A stretch of 64,000 bases of DNA from Chrysomallon squamiferum (taxonomy: Eukaryota; Animalia; Mollusca). Position 1 is the first letter of the stretch. Each line of letters begins with the position of its first letter. Shown here in pieces: positions 33,311-49,051 of this stretch. A program made the position numbers and the translations under genes. A model generated the notes under the pieces. It was given only the letters and a program-made list of their open reading frames with translations, was not told the DNA's origin and searched no databases. Location of the stretch: assembly GCA_012295275.1 (NCBI GenBank), contig CM022677.1, forward strand, positions 3,534,001-3,598,000, written 5' to 3'.

Positions 33311-33597
33311 TTGTGTATCGTTGTATAATTGTGGGTAACACAGGAGAAAAAGAAAACACAATCGTTACAAAATAGAATTACTTGAATCTTTTTCTCAGTT
33401 CCTAACTTATCTCTTACAGTTACATATTTTATATGTATACTGTACATCTTTATTTGAAATAGAGTGGGTGTGTCATTGAGTTGTGTATGTTAGAGAGTGA
33501 GAAGACGGATATAAAACATCTGTGTGTGAAATATTGTGTGCTGTTTTTTTTGTTTTTTTGGTCCGCTTGTGTATTTTATTATTATTATTATTATTAT

Positions 33598-33631
<34 letters not shown>

Positions 33632-35766
33632 TGTTGTAGTAGTAGTAGTAATTGTTGTTATTGTTGTTGTTGTTTATTCAGTTTTTTCTTCTGTTGCCTT
33701 GTACACATTTCATTTGATATCTCATAGTTTTCCATTTAATTTCTTTAGTAATTTCTTCATTTATTATTTTTATTAATTAATTAATAAATTAATTATTTCA
33801 TTTATATTTTTTATTATATTATTTTGTTCTTGTCTTGGGTTTATTGTTATTAATACTTGTTTAAGTTAAAGTTAATTTATTTCAGATAAACATTAAAACT
33901 TTTTTTATTTTCAATTTTTGCTTGAAGATCATCTGTGTTGTGCCAGTGCAAGAGAAAATAAAAATATCTACATGGATGCTCACATGAAAATAGGTTTACT
34001 TTCTCTTACTCTTTGTTTATATTTCTGTTACACCCGATATTATACTTCAGTGTTTATATACTTGCAAAACCATCAGTTTTAGTAAATACTGTTAATTTAT
34101 ATTGCTGTATTATTTATATGTAACATTCTGTTTATATATGCTATTGATAAGTATCATGTATGGCCAGTATTATACTTCAGTGTTTATATACTTGCAAAAC
34201 CATCAGTTTTAGTAAATATTTTTTTATTTTTCTTATTTATATTAATATTCTGTTTACTACAGATTAAATATGTATCTGTGACTGGATGACATTTTATACT
34301 GACTGTGATAACAAATGAAGTGAATTCTCAGGAAATGTGTTGTCTCTCATGTGAAGAGTTCAAAACACAGATAAAATAGAAAGTAAATACAACAAATCAC
34401 TTTTCTTTTAAGTCTAATAGCTATTGAAACAGCCAATTAATTTATTAATTTATTTATTTATTATATTTAAATTAACAAAATTTAACTTTATAAATATTTA
34501 AAGTAAAAATAGTACAAGCATGAATCTGTTTTCTTTTCGTTTTTTTTTTTTTTTTTTTTTTACTATTTAACTAGTTGTTAATGTTTTTTTCTCTTAATTA
34601 CAAAATTTGTTGAAAATAATGGTGGTTTGAGACCATGATGTGGATTCCTTTCTCTTGTTGCAGACACAATACAAGATGCGGTCAGTCGAAGAAATACTTT
34701 CCTGTCAGAATATCTGAAGATTTCATTTCTGAGCTAAAAATGAAATTAAGAAAAATAAGAATAATAATTATAAATAATATTAATAGTATCAAATAAATAA
34801 CAGCGATAATAATTAATAAAAAAAAAAATAGAAAAAATAAATAATTCAAAATTGTAATAAAATAAATGAATAATAATAAGCAACACATACACAAAAAAAA
34901 ATAATAATAAAAAAATAAGGATAAGAAGAAATCATATCTATTCTTTAAAAAAAAAAAAAGCAAAAACAAAAACAAAAAATAATTCTTCAGTTAAAAAATA
35001 AAGTTAAAATGAAGCAGATATATAATTGTATTTTATTTTATTTATTTATTTATTTAATTATTATTATCGGACCACTGCAAAGCAGACGAAGAAACTAAGA
35101 CGGCGTTCGGGAAGTTTCGGAATGATCCGAATGGTCACGACCACTTATACAATACTGGGTCAGCGAGCCTCCCGGTTTTGTTTATCAAGACTACTGTTAA
35201 ATACAGCCATATCCGGTTTTCAAAATTAGTGTTTATAAAAATATGGTAAATTAAGGTAAGCCGATACGTCCAATTTATCGAAATACGAGCAAACCTTTTA
35301 TGTGAAGTCAATATTTGAGATAAAATCATTAATAGTGGCTCTTGTTGCCGAAACGGAACTTTGGTCACAATTGTCGAACTGAATTGGCTGGCTAATGGCC
35401 ATTTCGAGCCGTGTATATTAATTATTATACTATATTATTATATCATTTATTTTTCTTAGCAACATTTAGAAATATATACATGTACACAATTTTTTAATTT
35501 TATTTTGCTAAGTAATATTTTTAAAATATATATGTATTGTAGGTACACATTTTTAATATACCAGATGTTATGAAGTAGATACTAAGATAGGTATATTAAA
35601 ATATTAATTTAAAATGTTAATTGTTATTATGTGTAAAATACATTTTTATATATTAAGTAATAGCATTCCTGTTGGTATTTATATTATTATTTTTTCATAT
35701 AATAATAAAAAAATTCAAACTATTAATGATGTATATTTATGTTATATATTTATTCGGTATTTACAG

Positions 35767-37985
35767 ATGGTTGGATTTCCACTGGAGTCCATATTGTCCA
35801 AGATGTTTGCCATGTCATTTCACTTGACCTGTAGTTCTGGAATTATCACAGTTGTGTCCATGTTGTCTGTGCAGAATGTTTTTTACAGACCAGAGGTTTG
35901 AAATTCATTTTTTATATTGGTATCACAGATATGATTAAGTTAGTATAACACTGAACATCCAAACTTTTGGACATAAGAAAAAGAAAAAGAAAAATGATTA
36001 TTAAACACATTTTACATACAACATCTTATGTTTTGAAGATGCATAAATAAAATAAATTACTTTTCATTCTTCCTAAAGATTATTATTATTATTAATTGTT
36101 TTTATGGGAAATAATCTTTTTTAATAAAAATGTTTGACACAATGAGAATTTTGTCACTAAATTGGAAAAAAACTTAAAGCTTTCAGTTTCCTTTTTGTTG
36201 GTTATTATGAACAATAATAAAATACAGAAAAGCCTGAGTAAAATAAATTTATTCTGACTAAATTATTTGTATTTTTAATATTTTAGGAGATATTTAAATA
36301 GTAATTTGTTTTTGTTTCCAGAGATTACCAATGATACATTTTATACTGTTTTTTTTTTTTTTTTTTAGTTAACTATAATTTTATTTATTAGAGTTATCAG
36401 TAATCAATGTTACATTTTTCTTAGTTGACTCACTTTTTTGTTAAGGTTTATCATTGATAAATGTAATTTATCACTTTACAGGATAAACAAGCCCTTGCTG
36501 TCCAGAAAAAATGCCAGGTTCCTTCAGGCCAAGGATGACCACTTGACCATGTGTGTAGTGCACAGTTCAGTGAAGAACAATCACTTCTCCAGTCCTGACT
36601 GTTAAGAGAAACTTGTACTGACTCAGACACTCAGATGCACTCAACATGTTTGTAAACAGATGCTGGGTATAATAGACAAGTAATTCAGTTTACTACCAGA
36701 TTTTATAAACTTTAACATAATAAATTACTTAATTTCACCTGAGAATGTTTTAATATTAATATTATTACATATAATTTTATTGTTTATTTGTAAATACAGA
36801 CTTTGTCATTGATTTAGCAATTGTGAAAACATAGCTGTAAGAGGAAATAGTCAATTGAACATGTATTTTAGAAAGTTTCAAATTTAAAATTTAGAATAAG
36901 ATAAAGATTATAGATTTTATTTGTTATCAATTTAAAAAAGTAAAAAATAAAAATAAAGTATATATTTTATTTTTAAAATTATTAGATTCAAACTTAAAGG
37001 TTCTGACTTGATTTGTTCAAACTTGTGTTAAACACACACATCCCCAGATAATCAAAACTACAGGAACAACAAGAAATATTTTAATAAATATAATTTGCTT
37101 TTATTTTATTTCAGTTAAACTTTATTTCACTCAAGATATATATTCGTTGAAAACATCACTTCAAATTCAAGTGAAGAAATAAAATTATAATAGTTGTTCT
37201 ACAAAAAATGTACAATTTAATGTTTTATTTTCAGAAGCAGGCTGGATGTTATATCAGAATCACCACAGAGTACAGAAATCTATTTACAGCAGATTCTTAG
37301 ATCAAAGAAATCACAGGACAGTTACAGACAATCAGATGTTTTACATGAGTGCTGTTTTAACAGGCTGAGTGATTGGTAAGTAAACTGTATGTACATCACA
37401 TTTCTAATACTATTACTGACATTTTTGTTTTAAATGTATGAATGTCATGTCTGATGTTTTGGACACAAGCTGGTGTTGTACACAGAGTACAGAAATCTAT
37501 TTACAGCAGATTCTTCACATCATGCTTGACTGATAAATAAATGTAAACTTTTCTCTGACAATTTTTAATGAACTTTTCCTTAAGGCCTTTCTGTAACTAT
37601 GAAGTGTGAAATGTAATTTTAAATGGTCTGTTTCAGATGATAGTTATTAATTATTATTTTTGATAATGACAGTGTTAGAGAAAAACTCTCCATATTCAGA
37701 GGTGAACTTTTATAATCAAGAACATATTAATACTGTGTATACCATTCTGAATATTATTTTAATAAATCATTTTTATTTTTGTTTTAAATTTTCAGGGTTT
37801 TTATAATAAGAAGTGCTAATGATAATCATCCATTCATTCTAAATGGCTTCTCTACTTGTCTCCAAGTGTTTCAAATGTTCTGATCACACTGAACTAAGTA
37901 AGCAGAAGAAATAACAGAAAATGAAACATCTCATCAAAAAAATAAAAAGACGCTGAATGCTTGGAGAATATTGAGAACTTCTAGA
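35767..37985 (+). pseudogene. DHX8: DHX8/PRP22 C-terminal half, copy 2
   Basis: Exons 35767-35895 ([13 protein letters not shown]...[20 protein letters not shown]2 domain), 36482-36679 (DKQALA...DDHLT...KQMLGIID, with stop and frameshift), 37235-37375 (RVQKSI.S.F...FNR..W) and 37796-37985 (ELSKQKK...NAWRI). An earlier remnant (IKY...) may lie near 34263. Confidence 0.9.
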
Positions 37986-39160
37986 AAAATCCACACCAAA
38001 CAAATTTAAAAACATTACTTGTGTGAGTCATGGACTACTTAGTGAATAATTTATAAAACTGTGATTTCAGATTGGAAGTCACAATGTTGTTCATACATGA
38101 TATCATTACATACAGACCTATATACATAATGTTTGGACCAGACACAGCAGCAAGTTCAGAGACTTTAATTTTTAAAAATGATTTATGTTAGAAATTCTTG
38201 ATTACTGCTTTGAAAAAAAAGTACACATTTTATATAAAGCTGTTTGGTCCAGGGGAGATAATTTCGTTTTTCTGTTTTATTTTTTTGTTTTTCTTATTTT
38301 GTTTTTAAACAAAATCTACTAAATTATCTATATCAAATATAAAATAACAAAGAACACTTAGACTTCTGGTAAAGATTTACCCAATAAAGGTATCTTAATA
38401 AAACATAAAATGGAAATAAATAATTTTGTGTGTTTCTGAAGATAAAATCAGAAATTAGAAATTTTCTGAAATTTTTTTTTTTCAGATTACAAATTATTTA
38501 TTGAGCTTTTAAGTTTTTTGTAAACAAATATCTTAGTTATTTCATTTTGTATATTTTATTATTTTACTTTTGTTGGATAGATCAGAAATCTTGTTATTTT
38601 TATATTTTACAGCATCCTTTGCTCTCATCTTAAAAACCTTATAAAACATTTTAAAACATTTTTAATTTAAAAGTTCAGTATTTTATATAATGCTTTTCTA
38701 AATTTGTATGTAAGGAAGTTTATGACATTTTTCTAAAATTAAGTTTTTTGTATGAAAAAGTAGTCCTGATATTAATTTGTTTTCTTGTTGAAATAAACAT
38801 TTTGAATTATTTTGTATTCTGTTTTTAATTTAATATTTTTAGCTAACATTATCAAACATCCTAACATGAGGAATATTTTTATTTACATAGTTTTGGCACA
38901 TTAACCTAAACTTAATAAACATTACAAATTTTTATATATTAGTAGCTGTACAAAATTATTTGAATTTTCTCATTGAGGTTGAGTGCATGAAATATCTAAC
39001 ACAGAGAGAAAAAAAAAAAAACAGACTAGTTTAGACTGTTTATTTTAAGAAAAGTAAATAAAATTTGATTACATATATTTATTTATTTGTATTTTAAAAA
39101 TTGAAAATCAAAACAGATTTCACCCATTTTATCTACTCAGTAAGAGATATAAACATTTAC

Positions 39161-41950
39161 TCAGTCTGTCAGGAATTTTTCTTTACACTGTCAAACTAGA
39201 AGTGAAAACATCAGCCTAAGAGACACACACTGATGTACTGGGTGAACCAAAACATATTTTCTGAACATTAACACCTCATATTTCCTATGTCACAGTTTGA
39301 TGTGTAGATTGGGAAAACAATTCCTGACTGCAGCACTGCGAGAAGACAGCAACTGTTACAGTCTCTGATACTGCATTGTCCCACTCTGCTGTATGAGTCA
39401 GGTAAAGGACTAGCTCAGTCCTTCGTATCGTCAGTGTGGCGAGACATCACTCTCATGAACACTGCCTTCCCAAGTTTCTGTCTCATCTTGTTCTGCTGTT
39501 TTCTTCTCTCTTTTCCTTTCTCTTCTCATCCAGCTTCAGTTTCAGACGTCACCTGCTCTTCAACTTCCTGGCTGTTGTGTTTGCCACCGTCATGCACTGT
39601 CCTCTCAGTCATCTGCCAAGTGCTTTCATTTGACAACATAACAAATGAAGTGTTTAAACAAACATCAGCTTATTTTCACAAGAACACAGACTTCAACAGC
39701 ACTCTGCCGTTTACATGTTGTTTCTGTCCATGTAAACCATCACAGAATTACCTCTTCTTGTGTACTAAGCAGTTTCTGAAAAACAAGCATTGATTTGTTT
39801 CCATATGTAGATATACAAAATATTTCTCTTTCTGACAGATACAGATATTAATGACTAATGTTTTATCCTGATATATATCTATATTTTTTTTTCAATTTCT
39901 AAAACATAAATATTCTTCGAATCATCAAATTATACTGAAAACTAAGAGATGTTAAAATTAATTTTTAAACTTTCAAATAAAAGCACAATAAAGTGAACTG
40001 CATTCTGGGAGTGGAAAACAAAACAAGAAATGGTTTTCATTACTCTTAGTACAAATATAAACTAACAAAAAATGAAACAATGCAAATGAAAATAAGGAAA
40101 CATGGAAGTATACCACAATTAATTTACTTGTTTTTGTAGACTATCCCTGCACTAGTCTGTTTTTCTTACTCTGTACTGAGAATATTTTACCAATACCAAA
40201 CTGAGAAGAATGTAAGTAGATTGTTAAACAGAAAAGTTAATGTGTGTGTTTTTAATACCAGTTTATTGAGAAATCTCTCTGTCTGTTCTGCTGTCTGTGT
40301 GTGTCCCATTCTGATGTTTAGGTAACAACACTTGTCTGTTTTGTGGTATGTTCCTGAGAAAGCAAAAATAAAATTAAAATAAAAACAATAACAACACATC
40401 TCTCTAAACTATATATAAACATTAATAAATTTAATGTATGCTAAATTTTAGAGTTACCAACTGATTCATTATTTTATTTACAAAAATTGTGTTTATTAAA
40501 CTAACCATGAAAACTGAGAGGCTGCAGACAATAGAAACTACAGTACATTGTCTCCTATGTAACAGGAAAGTTAAACACTTTAAAATACTCATTCCTTTGT
40601 TTTAAAATACAAAAATAAACATTTACAACAAAATAACTGCATTTATATCAATGTAAGTATAGGCATGTGTGTATGTGCATGTGTCTGTGTGTGTATATGT
40701 CTATGTGTTTGTGTGTGTGTATATATGTGTACTTACTGATATATTATTTACAAACTGCAACTTCATTTATTAAATAAAATTAAACTTCATTAGTTTCAGA
40801 ATAATGAAAAATATAAAAGAAAACAAACTCAAATTCACCTGCTCAGATTTTTTTCTCTTTTGCAATGGCAGCAGTACAAACTTTATTTAACCAGAAAATA
40901 ACTGTGTCCTCAGTGTCTGATGGAAGTTCACTGGATGTGTTAAAAGTTGTAATTTGTCTGAAAGTTTAAAAATTTCTTGTTCAAAATGCTGAATGTAAAG
41001 TCTGAGGTGTCATTGCATTATATGATAAATTATACAAAATATGCAGCCCAGATTTCATTCTGCATCTGCCTCTGTTCTCTGTCTTGCCATTCCTTCATCC
41101 TCTCTCCTCATACATTCCTACATTTACATATTTAACTGCAATCATCATAATACTTCTCCTTCTTAGTGATCAAAGTAGAAGGATGAATGCCTTTAAATAC
41201 ACCTCAAAAATAAAATAAATAAACTTTAACATACCCAAACAAACTCATTTTAATTAAAAAATGATTCAGATTTTAGTATTTAACAAGATAATATAAAATA
41301 AAGAAATAAAAAACAACATACCTGACAGCTTGAACAGCATGTTCTACTGAAACAAATTCACTGGCATACGCCAACATCAGCACATGAATTAGAGCTGTAC
41401 ATGCATACCTAAAAAAGTAAAAAACAATAATAAACAAACAGTTAGAAATAAATAATTAATACTTCTGACGTACTTTGTGATTAATAAAGTATGTTACCGA
41501 GTAATGCAACAAAACAACAGCAAATAACTGATTATTATTACACTATTTTATAATTAATTAAGAACTATTACAAAACTTATTTTTCTCTTGACAACAGAAA
41601 AATAAAATAAAATAAACTCACAACTCAGAATGGTGCAGACTACATGAGAATGGTTTCTGTAACAGCTGATTCATCCTTCTCCAAGATGTAAATTCACTTT
41701 CTAGACAGCACCTGAACAATACTGCAGTGAGATATGTAAAATATTTAACTTCAATAGTAAATATAAAGTTTAGCAGTTTTAACAAAAACATGATGATTTT
41801 TTTTATCAATCTACATTTGTCAGACAAATGGATTTGTCTTTGCTTATTATGATTTTCAATGTTTCAGTTATTTTTAATTTGTGTATGAAATCACCCACAT
41901 ACACACACTAAACTCTCTCACATGCATACACATCCAATCTCCCTCACTCA

Positions 41951-42041
<91 letters not shown>

Positions 42042-42451
42042 ACTTTGGAATAAAATAATATTGATAAAATTAAAACAGCTAAGTAAACTTTAGTCCTAAC
42101 ATTAGGTCAAGTTATCTCTGACTAACTCATGTTTTAATAGCAAACTGAACAAAGAGGATAAACATTTCAAACACAGAAATTTTCTAAATTTCAGTATACA
42201 ATCTAGTGATTCACACACACACAGACATATTCAAACATACCCTGTCACTGTTGAGAGGTTTCAGAAAACATTCTAACACAGGCTACACATCACTTGACAC
42301 CAGACTGTTGCTTAGATGAGGTTTCACCTGAAAATTACACAATAATAATAAAATAATGATACTTTTTTAACACATTTTAATCATGATGATGATAAAAATT
42401 ACCAACAATAATAAATATAACAACAACAACAACAGTAGTAGTAGTAGTAAC

Positions 42452-42491
<40 letters not shown>

Positions 42492-43063
42492 ATAATAATA
42501 GTAGTAATAGTAATAATAATAATAATAATAGCAAAAATAGCAATAACAACACAACAATAACAGTAATAATAATTTACTATATACATTTAAATCTATTAAT
42601 GAGAAGATGAAGGAATTAATGTTTTATAGAACATATATATAGCATTGTATTTTTGCTTTTGTATTAAACAGATGCTATGAAGGAATAAGGTAATTTGTTT
42701 TTAAAGAGTCATGCAATATATTTTTAATTTTATTCCATTAATGGCTAGCTGAACTGTACTATAGAAAAAAGTGTCATGAGAGCAAACACAAATCTCTTCA
42801 TAGATAATTTTCAGATAATTTAATGTTTCTATTTTTGATGAAATAATTCTAAGGTTTATAAAAACTAAGACACTAGAGATAATTAAAACAAAGCAACAAT
42901 GCATATAATAACTTTAATAATTAGAACATAAATCTTGAAAGATTAAAGAAAATAATAAAATATTTCACTCACATCTGATTTTTCATAAAATGGTTCTTTA
43001 AATTCATTTGGAACATTTTCTCCATATAGTTTCTGAAAAACTCTGCCAATGATGAAATATGGC
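39161..43063 (-). pseudogene. CAMSAP/Patronin remnant A: N-terminal CH region plus CC1
   Basis: Exons 43063-42973 (QKLYGENVPNEFKEPFYE), 42327-42241 (VKPHLSNSLVSSDV*), 41711-41622 (VLSRK*IYILEKDESAVTETIL), 41408-41322 (ALIHVLMLAYASEFVSVE), 40957-40839 (TFNTSSELPSDTEDTVIFWLNKVC) and 39775-39161 (LKLDEKRK...RQKLGKAVFMRV). Multiple stops are present. Confidence 0.88.
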
Positions 43064-43343
43064 CTGAAAAACATGAAAAATAAATAATAAAGATTTAAAA
43101 AGAAAAAAAAAAAAATAATAATAATAATAATAATAAATAAAACAAATTCATACTAAAAAGTAGTAGTAGTAATAAGAAGAAACAAAACAAAATGTAAATA
43201 AATTAAAACTGACAGTTACTAGATTGAAGATTAGTAAATAAAAAAAGGAAGGGAAACTGAAAAGAAATTTTCATCATTATATTACGTGATTTAAAAAATT
43301 GAGTATTTATAGGTAATACAGTAAATCATTTCTGCCTTTCTAG

Positions 43344-43384
<41 letters not shown>

Positions 43385-43555
43385 ATTCCAGACGTAATCA
43401 ATGAATAATTCAGACTTGTAGTTTCACCCAACTTTTATCATCAAACTTAAACATTTTAGTTGTAAAAGCTCGGCAGCCACGTACTTTCAAATGTCTGGTT
43501 GCGATTTTGAAAACACCCCAATGTAAATAAAATAAATAATTATGTTTTTACTTAC

Positions 43556-43829
43556 CCTGGCTGTCAAGAACAAACAACACAAGATATCACCGTCGGGCTC
43601 ATAATCATATACACGTGAATCCCATGAGGTTTTTCGCTTTTCTTCGACGACCGGTCCGATTTAATTGACGTAAAAATGGTGCGATCATTATTCCAAAACA
43701 TGTTACAAATGTAATCTTCACTGAAGTACCTCAAATCCAGCTGACAGCTTTTCAAAGATATAGTAGTATCTCTTAAATAATCCAGAAATTCACAGACGAA
43801 TTGTGTAGTGTAAGTGATTCGGCCGCCAT
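43556..43829 (-). pseudogene. Unidentified ATG-initiated first exon, frameshifted
   Basis: AAAACAATGGCGGCC start context, CpG-rich, ending at the donor AGG|gtaagt. It reads MAAESLTL / FVCEFLDYLRDTTISLKSCQLDLRYFSEDY. A GC box GGGGCGGAGT lies at 43877-43887. Confidence 0.5.
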
Positions 43830-44840
43830 TGTTTTAAGCTTGTCAAACCGAGTGCTGATAGAGTTACCTCCCTTTTGGGGGCGGAGTTATGATATTGTGC
43901 TGAGGTCATTAGGACTGTATACATCATGCTTCATACATGATACAGTTGTCATGAAATACAGGAGACTTGTAATGTATGTCAGTATATGCAGCCATTATTT
44001 ATGTGTATACATACATATATTTAAAAATGTCTCTATTTAGTTATTTGTTTATTTAATCTGATTTATATTTCTTTCATCGTGAAATGTCAGTGCAGATATT
44101 GTTCTGTTTTGTTTATCGCATACGTTGTTGATCATCAAACCTGCAGGGTTAATTAACTCACATACACATAATTATGTAAATATACATCCATCCACCCGTC
44201 CATTTTTCTTTCTCAAATTATTTATTAATTTGGATTTCTGAAACCACAATCATGCACTAATATTTTAAATTCTTCATTATGACCTCTTAATTTACATATA
44301 TTTTCAAATATTGTTAATATTGAATTTTATTTTTAAAATCGCTCCTATTGGTAGTATTGTTATGTGTTTTGAGATAACATGTAAGCATAATAATCTTTTA
44401 TATCATTGTCTCAAACGAAATCAGTACTTCCACCTTTGAAGTAATATACAGATAGATATACACACACAAACTCAAAAGAATTGAATGTTGTATTATCAAC
44501 ATTAATTAACAGACTGATATGGATCTGTTTTGATTTAATTTTTTTATTTATTTATGTAGTTATTTTTTATTTTCTTTTTTCTTTCTTTTAATTATCATTG
44601 ATATTAATTGTTTTGCTTTTAATTAATTACTGATATCATCTACAGTTCTTCTTATTATTTTTTTTTTAATTATTATTTTTAAGTGTATATTAATATTTTC
44701 TCTTATTCAGTTACTGACATCATCTGAAGTGTTTTATTTTGATTAGTTTGTCCCATTAAGCTTGTATAATGGTTAAAATATCTTATGACACACTATGTAT
44801 TTAAATATTTAATTGATTTTAAATTTATTTTTCTCTACAG

Positions 44841-46146
44841 AGGATATGAAACTGTTTCCTGCAGTGATGACTTGGGGATGTTCTGTTCTTACACAAACAC
44901 CTGTAGCCAAAGCAGTTAAATTTGTCACTGTTAATGAAGGGCTGAACTCGTTAAAGGTAAGTTTTTAAAAAGTTGTGAAGAACCAATAATGTTCATGTAT
45001 GCTTGTTATGGACCAGGTCTCAGATGAGTGTTAAAGAGTGAGAGGAATTTTCATTCAGTTTGTTGTTGTTGTTGTTATTTTCACAGTATTTATTATTATA
45101 AACTAAATTGTTGTAGGGTTCACATCAGTGTTGAAAACTTACAGCAGATAAAAGACTCACAATTTTTTTTTTTATTATTATTTAGCTTATTATTCTTGTC
45201 AATCTTCTTCTTCTTTTTCTATCATTATCATTACTCTTATTATTATTATTATCATCATCATCATCATCATCACCCTTATTATTTGTATTATTGGAATAAT
45301 CATTATTGTAGTTGATCTACATTCCTGTCTTTTGAAGCTGCATGTAAAACATCCTTTATCTGCCAGTAAAGAACTCTCACAGAGGAATTTCTCTTTGTAC
45401 AATTTCTGTTCATAAATTTAGTTTTATACTTAACAAATATTAATATTTAAAAATGTTAACATGATATTAACAGTTTTCTTTAATTGTAATCATTCTACAT
45501 ATATAAATAATGATAACCAGTAACATTAAAAAAGTACAGAGATATTATTAAATATTCATTTTTATTCTAATTTATTTACAGCTTCTATGACAGAACTCTG
45601 TTATTTCATCCTGGTTTAACATCTGTTAGTTTTGAGACCAGGAAACTGAAATCAACTCACACTGGGAAGAGTTTTGTCCCTAAACATTATGGAAAACAAC
45701 AGACTATACAACTATTGTAAGTTTGTCTATATTATGTTTATTAGATTTTTATAATTCTTATTGTGTGTGTGTGTGTGTGTGTGTGTGTTGTGAGGATTGT
45801 TTAAGAATGTTGGTATGCAAGATAAATCATGGAAAATGTTTGATCAACTCAGGTAAAATTATACTTATAATTAACTTTTATGATTTCAGAACATTATTAC
45901 TGTGTAGAACTGACAGAAGCAGTCACAGACTGTGAGAAGAGATCTGAGATTTATGTAAAACCAAGAGTGAGAAAATTTAAGATTAATCATTTTAATATGT
46001 AATCAGTTGTCACATAATGTTACTAAACAAATGGTATCACCTTATTGTAAATACTTTAATAATACTGATAAATAAGTAATTAATAAATTAACTTTACAAA
46101 ATCAAATTAAATATTTATTAAATATGTTCCAGTATCTTTAGTAAAT

Positions 46147-46212
<66 letters not shown>

Positions 46213-49020
46213 TGTGTGTGAGAGAGTGTGTCTGTGTGTTTGCATGTGTGTCAAGCCATACATTTCAATATTTATATGTACATGACTACCTTTTATTTGT
46301 GTATTTATTTTCAATAGTTACTTACCTGTTTTCTTATTTATTTATTTATTTATTTATTTATTTTAGTTTATCCAGAACATGGCAAAAGGAATATATTGGT
46401 CACCAGTGCTCTTCCATATATCAGCAGTGTTCCTCACCATGGCAACATCACTGGTTGTGTAGTCAGTTCTTATGTTTTCTCCAGGTAACATATTTTATTT
46501 TATGTGTTAGAGTTATCTGCCTTTGCAAATTTCTGTTTTATTATTTTAGCTTTTGAACTACACTATTTGTATTCTAAGTTTTGTTTGTTTTATTATAAAT
46601 AATATATTATTATTTTGTTATTCAATTAATTAGTCTTATGGTTTTTTCAAAAATTAGTTATATATGTTATTGTTATTTCAGTTAATTTTATTATTACTTA
46701 TTATATATGCTATTTTTATTACAGTTAAATTTATTATTACTTGTTATGTACATTATTCTTATTACAGTTAATTTTATTATTACTTTTAATGTATGTTATT
46801 CTTATTACACTTAATTTTATTATTACTTTTTATGTATGTTATTCTTACTACAGCTAATTTTATTATTACTAATTACATATTTTATTATTGTTTCAGTTAA
46901 TTTTATTATTACTTATTATATATGTTATTGTTATTTCAGTTAATTTTATTATTACTTGTTTTAGTGTGATTATTTCAGAATGTTCAAAGTGTGGCTATCA
47001 CAATATGAGAGGTCACCAGTGTGATGTATGTGACTCATCAATGCTGTAGAAATGAAAAACACAAAATATAAATCTTGTAAGTCATTACCAGTCATTAAAA
47101 CATCACATCAACTATTTTTAGGTTTACCAAAGGTAAACTTGATTTGTTTTTATTGATTCATTGCTGATAAAGTTTCATGTCCTTCTAATTTTTTTTTTTT
47201 TTCAATTAAATATGTAAATTCTAAGGGCTCCAACATTTGTTTGGTGTGAATTTAATAATTAACATTTATTTGTGGTTGTCATTATATAAGAAAATGTAAA
47301 ATTGTTAGAATATCTTAATAATTAAATAATGCTAGTAACCTTATGAATCAATAATATTCAGCTTAATCATATTCGTTAACATGTATATATACACAGGTGC
47401 ACACCACATATATATAAAAACACCCATGTCCATACATTTTACACACACACACACACAAACACTGACTCATGCTATATATATTGGTATTTCATCACTGGCT
47501 TAGATAAAAACTATCTTGATAATGAATTCATCATCTGGCTTAGATGTGTATAACTGTGTCTTGGGTAATGAATTGTTTTTGTGTGTATAGGTAGATGTGT
47601 GTTGGTGTTTGGGTGGGTGTATATAACTGTATGTTGTGTGTATGGGTAGATGTGTGTTGGTGTTTGGGTGGGTATATATAACTGTATGTTTGTGTGTATA
47701 GGTAGATGTGTGTTGGTGTTTGGGTGGGTATATATAACTGTATGTTTGTGTGTATAGGTAGATGTGTGTTGGTGTTTGGGTGGGTATATATAACTGTATG
47801 TTTGTGTGTATAGGGCTATTATAATTTATGTATTTTGTTAATTTTTCAGATTGTAGCTGATATAATTTTCACTACTAAACCTGGACAACAAAAGCTAAAC
47901 AGATAAGAAATATTTGTATTGGAGATGGAATGAAACCAAGATGTATCAATTGTGACCAGAAGTGGGGGACCCTAGTCCCATTGGAGGGGTACACTGAGTA
48001 AGTATAATAAACTACTTACATTTATATAAAAATAATAATAACTTCATGTCTTAAAAATTAGTTTGTGTTGTGAAGACTGAGTAAAAAATAGTGATAGAAA
48101 TATTAATATAAAATAATAGAATTTAGAAAATATATCTAAATTGTAAGACTTTTTATAGTATCACAAAAAATAATTTGTAGAAAAAAGAGAAGAAAAAAAA
48201 ACAAACAAGAAAATTGCTGAATCTGTATTTAATGTTAAATTTGAAGATGATAAATCTGATGTCTGATTTCCAAAACATGTTATGAGTAAAATGTATCCAT
48301 GTAATTCCTCAGTTCAAGCTTATAGTTGGCTAAAGCTTTATACAATTATATTTTATATATTAATTAAAAATAATAACAAAACATGATGAATATTTTACTC
48401 TACTGTTTTAAAAACAGAGAAACATTTATTTATTTTATTATAATTTATTAGTTGTTAACATTCCAGGTGTTCTGTGGTTTATTGCTCTGGTTATCATTTT
48501 TATTTTCTGAAATCAGAATAGCAATAGCAAAAACAATTAAATAAATATTAATTTTCTTAAATTTTAAAATAATTTATAATATTATATATATGTATAAGAT
48601 GACATGGGTTAGTTTGTGTTGTTATATATGTGCAGTTACCATGTTTTATCAAAACAACATAAAAACCATTTTTTCGATTTATTAATGCTCATTTTCAGTC
48701 TGACATTTTATATTTGTTGTCAAGGGAAACCAAGATTTAACATAATTTATTCAGTTTGCTGCTTCTTATCTTAACTTCATAGTGATATATTTTCATTAGT
48801 GTCTTAGTTTAATTCCAAGTTTTTATATTATTAACTTTGATACAAGCAAATATCCATTTCAGTATGTCTTTCTTCTTATTATTATCATCATCATCATCAT
48901 CAACATCATGCTGTTGTTGCTATTGTGTTTGTTTTGTGGGGATTTTTTTATTTTAGTGTTAATTTTTATGTTAATATTGCTTTAATGTAAAGGTGTTTTT
49001 ATATTCTTCTTCTTCTTCTT

Positions 49021-49051
<31 letters not shown>

